Source: an uncultured archaeon
Lineage (GTDB): Archaea > Thermoproteota > Bathyarchaeia > Bathyarchaeales > Bathycorpusculaceae
DNA length: 64,000 nt
NCBI GenBank assembly: GCA_963810275.1
Contig: CAWENF010000019.1
Coordinates: 96,001-160,000, forward strand
Direction: 5' to 3'
Made by a program: the position numbers and the translations under genes. Each line of letters begins with the position of its first letter. Position 1 is the stretch's first letter. Below are positions 1 through 10,231 of the stretch, in pieces. The notes under the pieces are model-generated. The model worked only from the letters and a program-made list of their open reading frames with translations. It was not told the origin of the DNA and searched no databases.

Positions 1-665
1 AGCCCGAAGAGGATTAAGTCCAGAGTGTCGTATTTGATTTCAAGTTCGGCTTCTGCTAGCTGGTTTGGCCAAAGTGACGGTGTGGAGGGTTTCATGGCGA
101 GTTCCTCTGGAACACCTAGGTGGTGGGCTAGTCTGCGGACTTGAGTTTTGTAGAGGTCAATTATGGGTGCTATGTCGGCTGCGGCGTCTCCCCACTTGGT
201 AAAGTATCCCATCATCGTTTCAGATTTATCTGAGGTACCTGCGACGATGCATTTTTGGTGATTGGCGTAGTAGTATAGATAAATCATGCGGGTTCGGGCT
301 TTGATGTTTCCTTTGGAAACCCTGTCCGATGGGTCAAACGGGGGAATGCCCATGTAAAAGTTTTCGAGGACGGGCGTGAGGTCACAGACTTGGGTTTGCA
401 GCTTGAACTGCTCCGCTACTTTGTTTGAATCGTTTATGTCTTTTTGGTTGAAGGTTTCCCCTTCAGGCATTAAAAGCGCCAGGACGCGGTCGCCTCCCAA
501 CGCTTTACTTGCCAGTGCAGCTATAGTGGTGCTGTCAACTCCTCCAGACAAACCAAGCACTACGCCTTCTGCTCCCAAGTTTTCTATGTATTCTTTTATG
601 AAACGGCAAATTCTGGTTTCTGCTTCTGCAAAATCAATATTTAAACAGGCAGGGGTTAATTTCAC
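1..665 (-). CDS. nadE: NH3-dependent NAD+ synthetase (3' end runs off the window)
   Basis: Manual minus-strand translation from GTG at 665 (GGAGG upstream) gives VKLTPACLNIDF...GVVLGLSGGVDSTT...GNIKARTRM...GYFTKWGD, the NadE PP-loop and signature motifs. Absent from the ORF track because it is truncated. Confidence 0.93.
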   Translation of the reverse strand, partial: MKLTPACLNIDFAEAETRICRFIKEYIENLGAEGVVLGLSGGVDSTTIAALASKALGGDRVLALLMPEGETFNQKDINDSNKVAEQFKLQTQVCDLTPVLENFYMGIPPFDPSDRVSKGNIKARTRMIYLYYYANHQKCIVAGTSDKSETMMGYFTKWGDAAADIAPIIDLYKTQVRRLAHHLGVPEELAMKPSTPSLWPNQLAEAELEIKYDTLDLILFG

Positions 666-763
666 GCTGAATTCAGCCTCCCATTCATGGTTAGTAGGCA
701 AGTATTTAAGGACAAGGATAAATAATAATGCAACATTATTCAAAAGAATAGAAGGATGTTTAG

Positions 764-1027
764 ATGGGGCGTCGAAGGAAAAAAGTTGTTCATATTCCAA
801 AGAAAAAGCTTCCCAAGTTCTTTTCTTGCCCCACATGCGGCAAAGAAACCGTCCGCGTAGAGATTTATCGTGAAGAAGGCGGACGTTCCGTTGCGCAATG
901 CAGCAGTTGCGGGCTTAAAGAGGAATTTACCATAAAACCCGCACAGGGCGAAGTAGATGTTTACTGCATTTTAACGGACCGTGTTTATGGCAGCCAGAAA
1001 AGAACTCCTGCAGCTGAAGGCATTTAG
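764..1027 (+). CDS. elf1: Transcription elongation factor Elf1 homolog
   Basis: Basic N-terminus MGRRRKK, then LPKFFSCPTCG...CSSCG...EVDVY, the Elf1 zinc-ribbon pattern. Confidence 0.88.
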   Translation: MGRRRKKVVHIPKKKLPKFFSCPTCGKETVRVEIYREEGGRSVAQCSSCGLKEEFTIKPAQGEVDVYCILTDRVYGSQKRTPAAEGI

Positions 1028-1039
1028 AGGACCAAAGCT

Positions 1040-1783
1040 ATGGTTGGTGCAATCGAGCGGTACTTACTAGACAAAATCAAAGTCGACGGCTCAATCCACA
1101 TGACCCTAATCGACCCAGAGAATGTCACGCCAGATGAAGCCACCCACATTGCAGAAGTGTCAAAGAAATGCGGAACCGCAGCCGTCATGATTGGCGGTTC
1201 TACAGTTGCGTTACAAAGCCAACTTGACGAAGTTGTCAAAGCAATAAAAGCCAAAGTCGATATACCAACGATTCTTTTTCCTGGTAACGTTAACGGCATA
1301 AGCCGCCACGCCGACGCCATCTGGTTTATGTCTATGATTAACTCTCAGGAACCCTACTTTTTAGCAGGCGCCCAAATCCTGGGTGCACCTTACATCAAAA
1401 AGTTCGAAATTGAACCCATCCCAATGGGTTACATCATCGTAGGCGAAGGCGGCACCGTGGGCAGAGTCGGAAAAGCCAAAACCATTCCTTACAGAAACCC
1501 GCAGTTAGCCGCAGACCACGCCCTAGCTGCGCAGTATTTTGGCATGCGGTTTGTTTATCTTGAGGGAGGTTCTGGTACCACTCAACCCGTGCCACACGAA
1601 ATGATTCGTCAAGTCAAAAGCGCCACCAACGTGGTCCTCATAGTGGGGGGTGGCATCCGCTCCAAAGACCAGGCGATAGCCGCAGCAGAGGCAGGGGCAG
1701 ACATAATTGTTACAGGCAACTTGACCGAATCAAGCGACTGCAACGAGCGCATCCTGCAGATTATCCAAGCCATTAAACACTAA
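1040..1783 (+). CDS. Geranylgeranylglyceryl phosphate synthase (PcrB family)
   Basis: HMTLIDPE, IGGST, FPGN, YLEGGSG and VGGGIR motifs. Confidence 0.93.
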   Translation: MVGAIERYLLDKIKVDGSIHMTLIDPENVTPDEATHIAEVSKKCGTAAVMIGGSTVALQSQLDEVVKAIKAKVDIPTILFPGNVNGISRHADAIWFMSMINSQEPYFLAGAQILGAPYIKKFEIEPIPMGYIIVGEGGTVGRVGKAKTIPYRNPQLAADHALAAQYFGMRFVYLEGGSGTTQPVPHEMIRQVKSATNVVLIVGGGIRSKDQAIAAAEAGADIIVTGNLTESSDCNERILQIIQAIKH

Positions 1784-1861
1784 GCGTCAAAGTATTTTTA
1801 GCTGTTTTTTAGAAAGCCCAAAATACCAAGTGATGCATATACTGTGCAGTGAGCGTTTGAC

Positions 1862-4800
1862 TTGAACATCACAAGCGGCATAAGTAAAGGATACCGAGAC
1901 TACGTACAAGGCATGGAAGCAGAGCTAAGAAAGCTCTACGAAATCAGCGACGCCGCCCGCAGCCGAGGGCTAGACCCCGCATTGAAAACGGAGTGCATTG
2001 AGGCTCAGGACATAGCTGACCTCGTCGAAGGACTCGTTGGCCCTAAAGGTGTAGCTGTTAGCATCCGTGAGTTGAGTAAAACTAAGCCCCGTGAAGAAAT
2101 CGCTTTTTATGCGGCCAAAGAAATCGCCGAAGGTAAATTCGCCCAAACCGACGAAGAACGTCATGAAGAAAAGCTGGCTGAACAGGCGATCCGTACTGCG
2201 CTGGCAATTTTCACTGAAGGCTTAACAGCGGCGCCCATTCAGGGCATCGCGCAGGTGAAGGTTAAGAAGAATGCTGACCAAACCCGTTATCTGGGCATCT
2301 ACTTCGCTGGGCCCATTCGCAGTGCGGGCGGCACCGACCAGGCGCTGACGCTGGTGGTGGGCGACTATGTGCGCCGCGCCTTGCACCTTGACATGTACAA
2401 ACCTACGGAGGAGGAGATTTCCCGCTTCATAGAGGAGTTGCGGGTTTACGAACGTAGCGTGGGGCGTTTTCAGTACCACATTCCTGATGGCGAACTCAGA
2501 AAAGCTTTAAATCTTGTCCCAGTTGAGTGCACAGGCACAGAATCCGATCCCGTTGAAGTCTCATCATACCGCAACCTTGAACGCATCGAAACCAACAGAG
2601 TCCGCGGCGGAGCCCTGCGTGTCATAAACGATGGTATCGTGGGCCGAGCCCAGAAGGTTTTCGTTATTGTGGATAAAATTGGGTTCCACGAATGGGATTG
2701 GCTTAAAAATTTTAAAAAGAAATCGGAGAAGAAGTCTGGTGGCTTTATGGACGACGTTATCGCCGGCAGACCCATCTTTGCATTTCCCTCCACCCGTGGC
2801 GGCTTTCGACTCAGATATGGCCGCTCACGCAACACAGGGCTCTCAGCCGTGGGTATCCACCCAGCCGCTATGTTTGTCGTAGAGAGCTTTCTAGCCGCGG
2901 GCACTCAGATGCGCCTTGAGTTGCCCGGTAAAGGAGGCGTCACCATGCCCGTGGACAGCATCGAGAAACCCGTGGTTCTGCTAAAAGACGGCTCCGTGGT
3001 GCGGGTGTCTCTTGAGAATTTTCCTTCAGTTAAGGATAGAATCCAGAAAATCCTCTTTTTAGGTGACATGCTTATTGACTTCGGTGATTTCCTCTACAGT
3101 AACAAGAGTCTGCCACCGTCGGGTTACGTGGAAGAGTGGTGGACAAAAGACCTTCAAGCCGCGGTTGCCTCAAGCTTTGGCGGCGACATAGGCAAAGCTG
3201 CGCAGGCATGCGAAATTCCAGATAGCCGCCTTGAAGATTTTCTACATGACCCCTTCAAAAACAAACCCGCCGCCAATGAAGCCATCTCCATAAGCCAGAC
3301 GCTGGGGGTTCCTTTGGGACCAAACTGCACATTTTACTGGACAAACCTCACCGAGTCGAAGGATGTGGAGGTTCTACGCAAGTGGATAGCCAACTGTGAT
3401 GTCGAGTCGGCGGATGGTTATGCCCAGAAAATAACAGGTGACGTTGATCAAGACGTAGTTAATGTGTTGCGTAAAATCTTTGCTCCTCATAAACTGGTTG
3501 AGGATAAGATTGTGATGTCAGGCGAAGATGCCGCCGCATTTGCGTTTACGCTTGGTTGGGGCACATCACGGATAGATGCGTCTGTCGAAGCGGAAACGGT
3601 GCTTGAGCTGCTTTCAAAACTGTCAGGCGTCACAGTTAAAGACAAAGCTCCCACCTACGTAGGCGGACGCATGGGCAGACCCGAAAAAGCCAAACACCGC
3701 GAAATGCGCCCCATGGTTCATGTCCTCTTCCCTGTCAGTTTAGCGGGAGGCAGTCACCGTGACCTATGTGCAGCAGCCAAAAAGAATCTCATTTCTGTTG
3801 AGATGGTGAGGCGCAAATGCCCGGAATGCAAAACTTATACAATTAAACTCAAATGTGACAATTGTAGCGCCGAAACGGTTCATGAGCAATCATGCCCGAG
3901 ATGTGGCAGAACCCTAAAAGAAGGCTACTGTGGCACATGCAAAGCCGAAGGGGTTCTTTACCAGAAGCAAACTGTGAACTTTAAAAAACTGCTTGATACC
4001 GCTTGCAAAAATATAGGCTGTCCGCCGCCCAAAATGCTTCGTGGCGTCAAAGGTTTAACCAACTTCGATAAAACGCCTGAGCTGATTGAGAAGGGGCTTC
4101 TGCGCGCCAAATACGGAGTATCAACCTACAAGGACGGCACGATTCGTTTTGACGGCACAAACGCACCGCTCACGCACATCACGCCTGAGGAAATCGGGGT
4201 TTCTGTTGAGAAGATGCGCCAAATGGGTTACTTGGCTGACACTTACGGTTTACCCCTCACCAGCCCAGAGCAGATCTGTGAACTAAAAATCCAAGACGTC
4301 GTGATACCCAAGTCGGCAGGAACCTACCTTGTGCAAATTGCAGGCTTTATTGACGAACTCCTCACTAAAGTCTACAAGCTTTCTCCCTACTACAATGCCA
4401 AGAGCCCCGACGATATGGTGGGGATGCTCATCTTCGGCTTGGCACCTCACACGTGCGCCTGCATCCTTGGCAGAGTCGTCGGTTACACCGACCGCAACCT
4501 CATCTATGCCCATCCCGTCTGGCACTCAGCCAAACGCCGAGACTGCGACGGCGACGAAGACGCAATCATGCTTGCCTTAGACACCCTCATCAACTTTTCC
4601 CGCGTATTCTTGCCCAGCCAAATCGGTGGCATCATGGACGCCCCTATCCTTATGATTCCGTTTTGCAACACCAAAGAGGTGCAGCGCCAAGCCCACGATT
4701 TTGATGTCAGTCACACTTATCCTCTTGAGTTTTACCGTAAAACATGGGAGAAAGACGAATCCCGTAAAGTCAGTGCTTTCATGGACACCATTAGCCATCG

Positions 4801-5296
4801 TCTCAGCACAGAAGGACAGTTTGAGGGTTTCCAGTTCACCACTCCCACAACAAACATCAACTTCGGAAACGCAAATAGCAGCTACAAAGAATTCAAATCC
4901 ATGAAAGAAAAACTCAACATGCAGCTTTCTTTGGCAGAGAAAATCGATGCCGTCGACGCTAAACAGGTTGCGCTAAAAGTTCTCAACTGCCATTTGATGC
5001 GTGACATCGTAGGTAATATGCGTGCGTTCTCAACTCAGGGATTCCGATGCAAAGCATGCAATGCCAAGTACCGACGTCTACCGTTGGGGGGCAAATGTAT
5101 GCGCTGTGGCGGAGCGCTCACTTTGACAGTGTATCGAGGTAACATTGAGAAGTATCTTGGTGCTGCTCAGGAACTGGTGGATAAGTACGGGTTGGCTAGC
5201 TACTACACGCAGCGTATGGATCTGATTAAGGCGGAGTTGGAGCTGATGTTTGACAACAAGAAGCCTAAGCAGGCGAAGCTGTTTGATTTTGGTTAG
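1862..5296 (+). CDS. polC: DNA polymerase D large subunit DP2 (no intein)
   Basis: YFAGPIRSAGGT, GGFRLRYGRSR, RMGRPEK, catalytic KRRDCDGDED, Zn fingers and a C-terminal PIP box QAKLFDF. Confidence 0.97.
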   Translation: MNITSGISKGYRDYVQGMEAELRKLYEISDAARSRGLDPALKTECIEAQDIADLVEGLVGPKGVAVSIRELSKTKPREEIAFYAAKEIAEGKFAQTDEERHEEKLAEQAIRTALAIFTEGLTAAPIQGIAQVKVKKNADQTRYLGIYFAGPIRSAGGTDQALTLVVGDYVRRALHLDMYKPTEEEISRFIEELRVYERSVGRFQYHIPDGELRKALNLVPVECTGTESDPVEVSSYRNLERIETNRVRGGALRVINDGIVGRAQKVFVIVDKIGFHEWDWLKNFKKKSEKKSGGFMDDVIAGRPIFAFPSTRGGFRLRYGRSRNTGLSAVGIHPAAMFVVESFLAAGTQMRLELPGKGGVTMPVDSIEKPVVLLKDGSVVRVSLENFPSVKDRIQKILFLGDMLIDFGDFLYSNKSLPPSGYVEEWWTKDLQAAVASSFGGDIGKAAQACEIPDSRLEDFLHDPFKNKPAANEAISISQTLGVPLGPNCTFYWTNLTESKDVEVLRKWIANCDVESADGYAQKITGDVDQDVVNVLRKIFAPHKLVEDKIVMSGEDAAAFAFTLGWGTSRIDASVEAETVLELLSKLSGVTVKDKAPTYVGGRMGRPEKAKHREMRPMVHVLFPVSLAGGSHRDLCAAAKKNLISVEMVRRKCPECKTYTIKLKCDNCSAETVHEQSCPRCGRTLKEGYCGTCKAEGVLYQKQTVNFKKLLDTACKNIGCPPPKMLRGVKGLTNFDKTPELIEKGLLRAKYGVSTYKDGTIRFDGTNAPLTHITPEEIGVSVEKMRQMGYLADTYGLPLTSPEQICELKIQDVVIPKSAGTYLVQIAGFIDELLTKVYKLSPYYNAKSPDDMVGMLIFGLAPHTCACILGRVVGYTDRNLIYAHPVWHSAKRRDCDGDEDAIMLALDTLINFSRVFLPSQIGGIMDAPILMIPFCNTKEVQRQAHDFDVSHTYPLEFYRKTWEKDESRKVSAFMDTISHRLSTEGQFEGFQFTTPTTNINFGNANSSYKEFKSMKEKLNMQLSLAEKIDAVDAKQVALKVLNCHLMRDIVGNMRAFSTQGFRCKACNAKYRRLPLGGKCMRCGGALTLTVYRGNIEKYLGAAQELVDKYGLASYYTQRMDLIKAELELMFDNKKPKQAKLFDFG

Positions 5297-5345
5297 GATA
5301 AGCTTTTCAATTTAGACAGCGCCTTAATCTGGTAGGTGGCATCCT

Positions 5346-5607
5346 ATCAAGGAAACTTGGCATCCTAACGCTCAGCTCAAAAGCATCCGAAACGTATCGC
5401 AGCGGGCTTTCTGCTCGCTCAAAGATTTTGGTTGTGTTGGATCGGGAGCCGTTTAGCGCAACTAAAATTGCTAAACAAACCAGCCTGAAATACTATGTCG
5501 TCATGTATCATCTGCGGCTTCTCAAATCGGAATGTGTGGTGGAGCGCAGGGGGAGTCGTCGCTATGTTTGGCTACAGACAGGCATCGGGCAAACAAGGCT
5601 GACTTAG
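5346..5607 (+). pseudogene. ArsR-like winged-helix protein with a 1-bp frameshift and no canonical start
   Basis: Frame 1 reads IKETWHPNAQLKSIRNV. After one extra base near 5397 it continues RSGLSARSKILVVLDREPFSATKIAKQTSLKYYVVMYHLRLLKSECVVERRGSRRYVW...QTRLT*, an HTH-wing pattern. Confidence 0.6.
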
Positions 5608-5891
5608 AACCTGCATTGACACGGTGACCTTTGGCATTTAGGGCATTTGTGCGGGTATTTTGATAGGGCGGCTTTTTCAAGGTCAATGTCTATGATGTTT
5701 GCCAGCGACGCCAGCCATGCAAGGACATCCGCAAACTCTTTCTCGATTGCCACGCGGTCGCTGCCTTTGAGTTCCTTGCCCAGCTCAAGGACTTCATCAA
5801 AGAGCCAGGTGTAGGTGCCATCAGCTCCGCGGACTGTGTCGCGGGGTCCGTAGAGGGTTTTCATCATTTCTTGGAATTCGCTTATCTGCAT
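5604..5891 (-). CDS. MazG-like nucleotide pyrophosphohydrolase
   Basis: WLFDEVLEL...EKEFADVLAWLASLAN motif plus a C-terminal KYPxxCxxC...CxC. Confidence 0.88.
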   Translation of the reverse strand: MQISEFQEMMKTLYGPRDTVRGADGTYTWLFDEVLELGKELKGSDRVAIEKEFADVLAWLASLANIIDIDLEKAALSKYPHKCPKCQRSPCQCRF

Positions 5892-6644
5892 AATGGTCAA
5901 TTGGAAAATGAGCGGTTGGATGCTTTTAAAGTTTCAAACTGTGTTTTGTTGATGTTTTTGTATACGGAGATCAACATGCATCTTTCATCTCGTTTTTTAG
6001 GGGCAAGTACTGGAGAACTTATACGTTCTTCTGCAAGCGCGATATAGTTAGTCAGCCATAACTTAATGCTTAACAGGAAGGTTTTAATGAAGAAAACAAT
6101 CTTAATCGCCGCCGTCAATAGCCATTTTGCTATTGTTATTGCAGATGTGTACCTAAGATACACCGGAGTGCTTAATGCACCGTCAGCAACACCCATTCCC
6201 GCTCCTGAGGTTCCCACACAAGAGATAGTTAGATAATCAACCATTACTCATATAGCGACTAACCACTCGGGGTTGGCCTGTTATGGATCTGGTGAGTAGA
6301 AGTTGTATCGGATTTGGGCGAAGGAAGTAAGATGTCTTTTTTTACTGTTTGCTGAATCTTTTGCAAACAGTCTTCATTCTACACCTCATGCAGACGATAA
6401 AACAGAAACTTGGGCCCAAGCGATTGTTGTTGTCAAAAAAAGGGTTCCACAGCAATAACTAAAAAAAACCAATGCTTTTATAGTGTTGCAAACGATTACT
6501 ACACACTACATGCAATATGGTCATCGAAAACCAGCAAAAAAGCCCTAAGTTAGTTTTTAAACACCATAAAGCGGCTTTTACGTTTGTGACGGCAACATTT
6601 ATAACTACAATTTCTTATTGCTAAAGGCGCGAAGCGGAAGTACT

Positions 6645-7658
6645 ATGGGACATCGAAAACATCATGCTCCAAGACATGGTTCACTAGCTTATTTACCTAG
6701 GCAACGAGCTAAAAAACCAGTGGCAAGAATAAGATACTGGCCAAACATAAAATCAGATTCACCAAAACTTCTAGGTTTCTCAGCCTACAAAGCAGGCATG
6801 ACCTACATCTTCACTATCGAAGACCGAAAAAGATCACCCCACTTCGGAAAAGAAGTCATGCGAGCAGCAACCATACTAGAAACCCCGCCAATTCTGGTGT
6901 GCGGCATCAGAACTTACCAAAAAACACCATACGGACTCAAAAACGTAACAGAGGCCTGGATGAAAGAGCCACCGGCAAGCCTAAATAGACTTTTAGTTTT
7001 GCCAGAAGCGTTTGACACAGACGCTATGCTTGAGAAAATCCAGCAAAACCTCGAGCAAACAGACGTCGTTCGCGTCATAACCGCCACACATCCAAACCAA
7101 ACCGCTCTCTCTAAAAAGAAACCAGAGTCAATGGAAATCCAAATCGGCGGCGGAACAATCCCACAGCAATTCGAATACGCTAAACAACTACTTGGACGAA
7201 CCGTCGCACCCGAAGAAGTTTTCAAAGACGGACAATTCATCGACATCGCAGGGGTAACTGTAGGCAAAGGCTACCAAGGTCCAGTTAAACGCTGGGGAGT
7301 AACCAGACTGCAACACAAAGGCAGAAAAACCAAACGCGGCATCGCCACTTTGGGTCCATGGAATCCCCATCACATAATGTACAGCGTGGCCCGCGCTGGC
7401 CAAATGGGCTATCACCAACGCATCGAATTCAACAAACGTATTCTCAAAATCGGTAAAGATGGCAAAGAAGTCACTGTTAAAGGCGGCTTCATCCGCTACG
7501 GCGAAATCAAGGGTCCCTACATCCTCATCTCAGGCAGCATACCCGGCACCGAAAAACGTACCATCCGCCTACGCGTACCCGCACGTCCACCCACAGAAAC
7601 CCCTGATCAACCACCACAAGTGACATATATCTCAGTAGAGTCACCACAAGGGAAATAG
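6645..7658 (+). CDS. rpl3: 50S ribosomal protein uL3
   Basis: MGHRKHHAPRHGSLAYLPR, YKAGMT, GKGYQGPVKRWG, RAGQMGYHQR. Start moved to the ATG at 6645. Confidence 0.98.
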   Translation: MGHRKHHAPRHGSLAYLPRQRAKKPVARIRYWPNIKSDSPKLLGFSAYKAGMTYIFTIEDRKRSPHFGKEVMRAATILETPPILVCGIRTYQKTPYGLKNVTEAWMKEPPASLNRLLVLPEAFDTDAMLEKIQQNLEQTDVVRVITATHPNQTALSKKKPESMEIQIGGGTIPQQFEYAKQLLGRTVAPEEVFKDGQFIDIAGVTVGKGYQGPVKRWGVTRLQHKGRKTKRGIATLGPWNPHHIMYSVARAGQMGYHQRIEFNKRILKIGKDGKEVTVKGGFIRYGEIKGPYILISGSIPGTEKRTIRLRVPARPPTETPDQPPQVTYISVESPQGK

Positions 7659-7669
7659 GTAGATAGACT

Positions 7670-8458
7670 ATGGCACAGAAAACCGCAGAAATCTTTGACT
7701 TACAGGGTAAATCAACAGGCACCATAAATCTGCCTAAAGTATTCTCAACCCCTATCCGCCCAGACGTAATCAAACGCGCAGTGCTAGCCATACAAAGCAA
7801 CAGGCTCCAGCCACAAGGCAGAGACCCCATGGCCGGCAAACGCACTACCGCAGAATCACGCGGCACGGGCAGCGGGATCGCAAGAGTTCCCCGCGTAAAA
7901 GGCGGCAGTGGCAAAGCAGCATTTGCCCCAAGCACAGTCAAAGGCAGACAACCACACCCCCCACGCGCAGAAAAAATCATAGTTAAAGACATACCTAAAA
8001 AAGAAGCTAAACTCGCCCTAACATCTGCCATTGCTGCAACAGCAGAAAAAGACATAGTTGTTAGACGTGGCCACAAAATCGAGGCAGTCGTTAACCTGCC
8101 GCTTGTGGTCGATAGTGCATTCGAAAACTTGGCAAAAGCCAAAGAAGTTGAGGAGGTTTTTTCTAAACTTGGTTTCGACGCAGAACTCACTCGTGTCAAA
8201 GAGAGTCGCAACATACGCGCCGGCAAAGGTAAACATAGAGGAAGAAAAATGAAACAAGCAGTCGGACCCCTTATCGTGGTGGTTGACGCAGGAAGCAGCG
8301 TTGCAAATGCAGCAGCTAACCTCCCTGGCGTGCAAGTTACGACCGTAACAAGTCTTAATACCGAAATGCTTGCCCCAGGGACACACCCAGGCAGACTCAC
8401 GGTGTGGACTAACGGTGCCATCGAGAAATTATTCAGCATTTATGGAGAAACCGCATAA
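7670..8458 (+). CDS. rpl4: 50S ribosomal protein uL4
   Basis: RPDVIKRAV, TAESRGTG, RAGKGKHRGR, LAPGTHPGRLTVWT. Confidence 0.98.
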   Translation: MAQKTAEIFDLQGKSTGTINLPKVFSTPIRPDVIKRAVLAIQSNRLQPQGRDPMAGKRTTAESRGTGSGIARVPRVKGGSGKAAFAPSTVKGRQPHPPRAEKIIVKDIPKKEAKLALTSAIAATAEKDIVVRRGHKIEAVVNLPLVVDSAFENLAKAKEVEEVFSKLGFDAELTRVKESRNIRAGKGKHRGRKMKQAVGPLIVVVDAGSSVANAAANLPGVQVTTVTSLNTEMLAPGTHPGRLTVWTNGAIEKLFSIYGETA

Positions 8459-8718
8459 TGAAGCCAGATGAAGTAATCAATTACCCGCTGATGACTGAAT
8501 CCGCCAGCGTCATGGTTGAACGCGACAACAAACTCATATTTATCGTCAGCTACAAAGCAGGCAAAGCAGACGTCAAAAAAGCAGTTGAAGTCATGTATGA
8601 AGTTAAAGTTGATAAAGTTAACTTGCTGGTCACTCCACAAGGCGTCAAAAAAGCGTTCGTGAGGCTAAAACCCGAATACCGAGCTTCCGACGTAGCAATC
8701 AAACTAGGTATCCTCTAA
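8458..8718 (+). CDS. rpl23: 50S ribosomal protein uL23
   Basis: PLMTE, KVDKVN, KKAFVRL; position in the operon. Confidence 0.97.
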   Translation: MKPDEVINYPLMTESASVMVERDNKLIFIVSYKAGKADVKKAVEVMYEVKVDKVNLLVTPQGVKKAFVRLKPEYRASDVAIKLGIL

Positions 8719-8736
8719 CCAATGAAGGCTTGAATT

Positions 8737-9480
8737 ATGGGAAAACGCATCCGTGTACAAAGAAGAGGACGTGGCGGTCAAAACTTCCGCGCCTCAACTC
8801 ACAAACGTGTAGCACCAGCAAAATATCCGACAATTGCACCAAAAGAATCATTCGAACTTGAACTCGTTGGTGTCGTAGTTGACTTACTCCACGACCCCGG
8901 ACGTGGCTCACCACTATCTCTCATCGAATTTGAAGACGGCTCATCTATCTACAGCATCACACCCGAAGGAATATATATTGGACAAGAAATCACCTACGGA
9001 GGTAAAGCCTACGCTGAAATCGGCAATATCCTACCATTGGGCAAGATGCCTGAAGGAACATTAGTTTGCGACCTCGAACTTCGTCCAGGCGACGGAGGCA
9101 AAATGGCCCGCAGCTCAGGCGCATACGCAACAGTCGTCGGTCATACCCCCCAAGGCACAATGATCCGTTTGCCCTCGGGAAGAACCCGTTACGTTAATGA
9201 TTACTGCCTAGCAACAGTCGGAGTTATTTCCGCTTCGGGACGGATCGAGAAGCCGTTCCTTAAAGCAGGCGAGAAATACCATCAGATGAAAGCCAAAGGC
9301 CATAAGTACCCACGCACCAGCGGTCGCAAAATGGTTCCCGCTGTTCACCCCTACGGCAGCAGCAAACGTAGCGCCCGCAGAACCACAACAACAAGTCACG
9401 GTGCACCTCCAGGACAGAAAGTAGGCTTAATCGCCGCCCGTGGCCCAGGACAGAAAAAGAAACGAGCCATTAGAGGTTAA
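8737..9480 (+). CDS. rpl2: 50S ribosomal protein uL2
   Basis: MGKRIRVQRRGRG, HDPGR, HPYG, PPGQKVGLIAAR. Confidence 0.98.
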   Translation: MGKRIRVQRRGRGGQNFRASTHKRVAPAKYPTIAPKESFELELVGVVVDLLHDPGRGSPLSLIEFEDGSSIYSITPEGIYIGQEITYGGKAYAEIGNILPLGKMPEGTLVCDLELRPGDGGKMARSSGAYATVVGHTPQGTMIRLPSGRTRYVNDYCLATVGVISASGRIEKPFLKAGEKYHQMKAKGHKYPRTSGRKMVPAVHPYGSSKRSARRTTTTSHGAPPGQKVGLIAARGPGQKKKRAIRG

Positions 9481-9502
9481 AAAATTAAAGGAGAAATAGA
9501 AT

Positions 9503-9907
9503 ATGCCGAAAGAATTTAGTTACCGCGGACACAGCATTGAAAGTCTATCAGCAATGTCCATGGACGAATTCATTAACCTTCTTCCATCCCGCCAACGCAG
9601 AAGTCTACAACGTGGACTTACACCCGAACAACGTATCCTGCTTGAAAAGCTACGCACAGCAAAAGAAGGTAAAAAAGCCACAAAAGAAAGTGGAATCAAA
9701 ACCCATGTACGCGACTTGATTATCCTCCCAGAAATGGTTGGTGTCAAGATCAGCGTGCACAACGGCAAAGACTTCGTCGCCATGGAAATACGCCCAGAGA
9801 TGATCGGTCACTACCTCGGAGAATTTGCCATAACTAACAAACCGGTTAGGCATGGAACTCCTGGTATCGGTGCGTCTCGTTCTTCAATGTATGTGCCATT
9901 GAAGTAA
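9503..9907 (+). CDS. rps19: 30S ribosomal protein uS19
   Basis: [38 protein letters not shown]. Confidence 0.98.
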   Translation: MPKEFSYRGHSIESLSAMSMDEFINLLPSRQRRSLQRGLTPEQRILLEKLRTAKEGKKATKESGIKTHVRDLIILPEMVGVKISVHNGKDFVAMEIRPEMIGHYLGEFAITNKPVRHGTPGIGASRSSMYVPLK

Positions 9908-9911
9908 CTCG

Positions 9912-9943
9912 TTTCTTTTCTTTTATTTTCCTTGTTTTTGTTT
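9912..9943 (+). terminator. Oligo-T archaeal terminator after rps19
   Basis: T-rich tract TTTCTTTTCTTTTATTTTCCTTGTTTTTGTTT directly after the stop codon. Confidence 0.55.
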
Positions 9944-10231
9944 AGTGCAAAATTTGTTTTTGTCTTTTGATAGTTTTAATAGTTGGTTTTCTTGCTGCTT
10001 CTTTAGTTTAAATTCTAACGTTGGCTTTTTGGCGTCTGAATCTTGGATAAGTTGCTGGCTGATTGCGGTGGTTGTTATAATCGGTTCCAAGATAGCCCAA
10101 GATTCATTATTTGGGCGCGCCGTAATTCTAAGGAATGTATTATCGGAAATTGTTATTGCCAGATGTTCGAACGTCTTTTTATAAAATCAGCATTTGAAAA
10201 ATTGAGAAGAAATGAATTTGAAAACTTTGGT

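Noticed and set aside
376-873. 165-aa plus-strand ORF
   Set aside because: Antisense shadow of nadE and overlaps elf1; no motifs.
1862-5296. Intein in DP2
   Set aside because: Length and motif continuity leave no room, and no intein or LAGLIDADG motifs were seen.
7525-8439. 304-aa minus-strand ORF and many similar antisense ORFs
   Set aside because: Mirror frames of conserved genes (here rpl4), explained by codon bias.
9912-10231. Short ORFs on both strands between rps19 and the 143-aa gene
   Set aside because: Low-complexity AT-rich convergent terminator region without a credible start or family signal.
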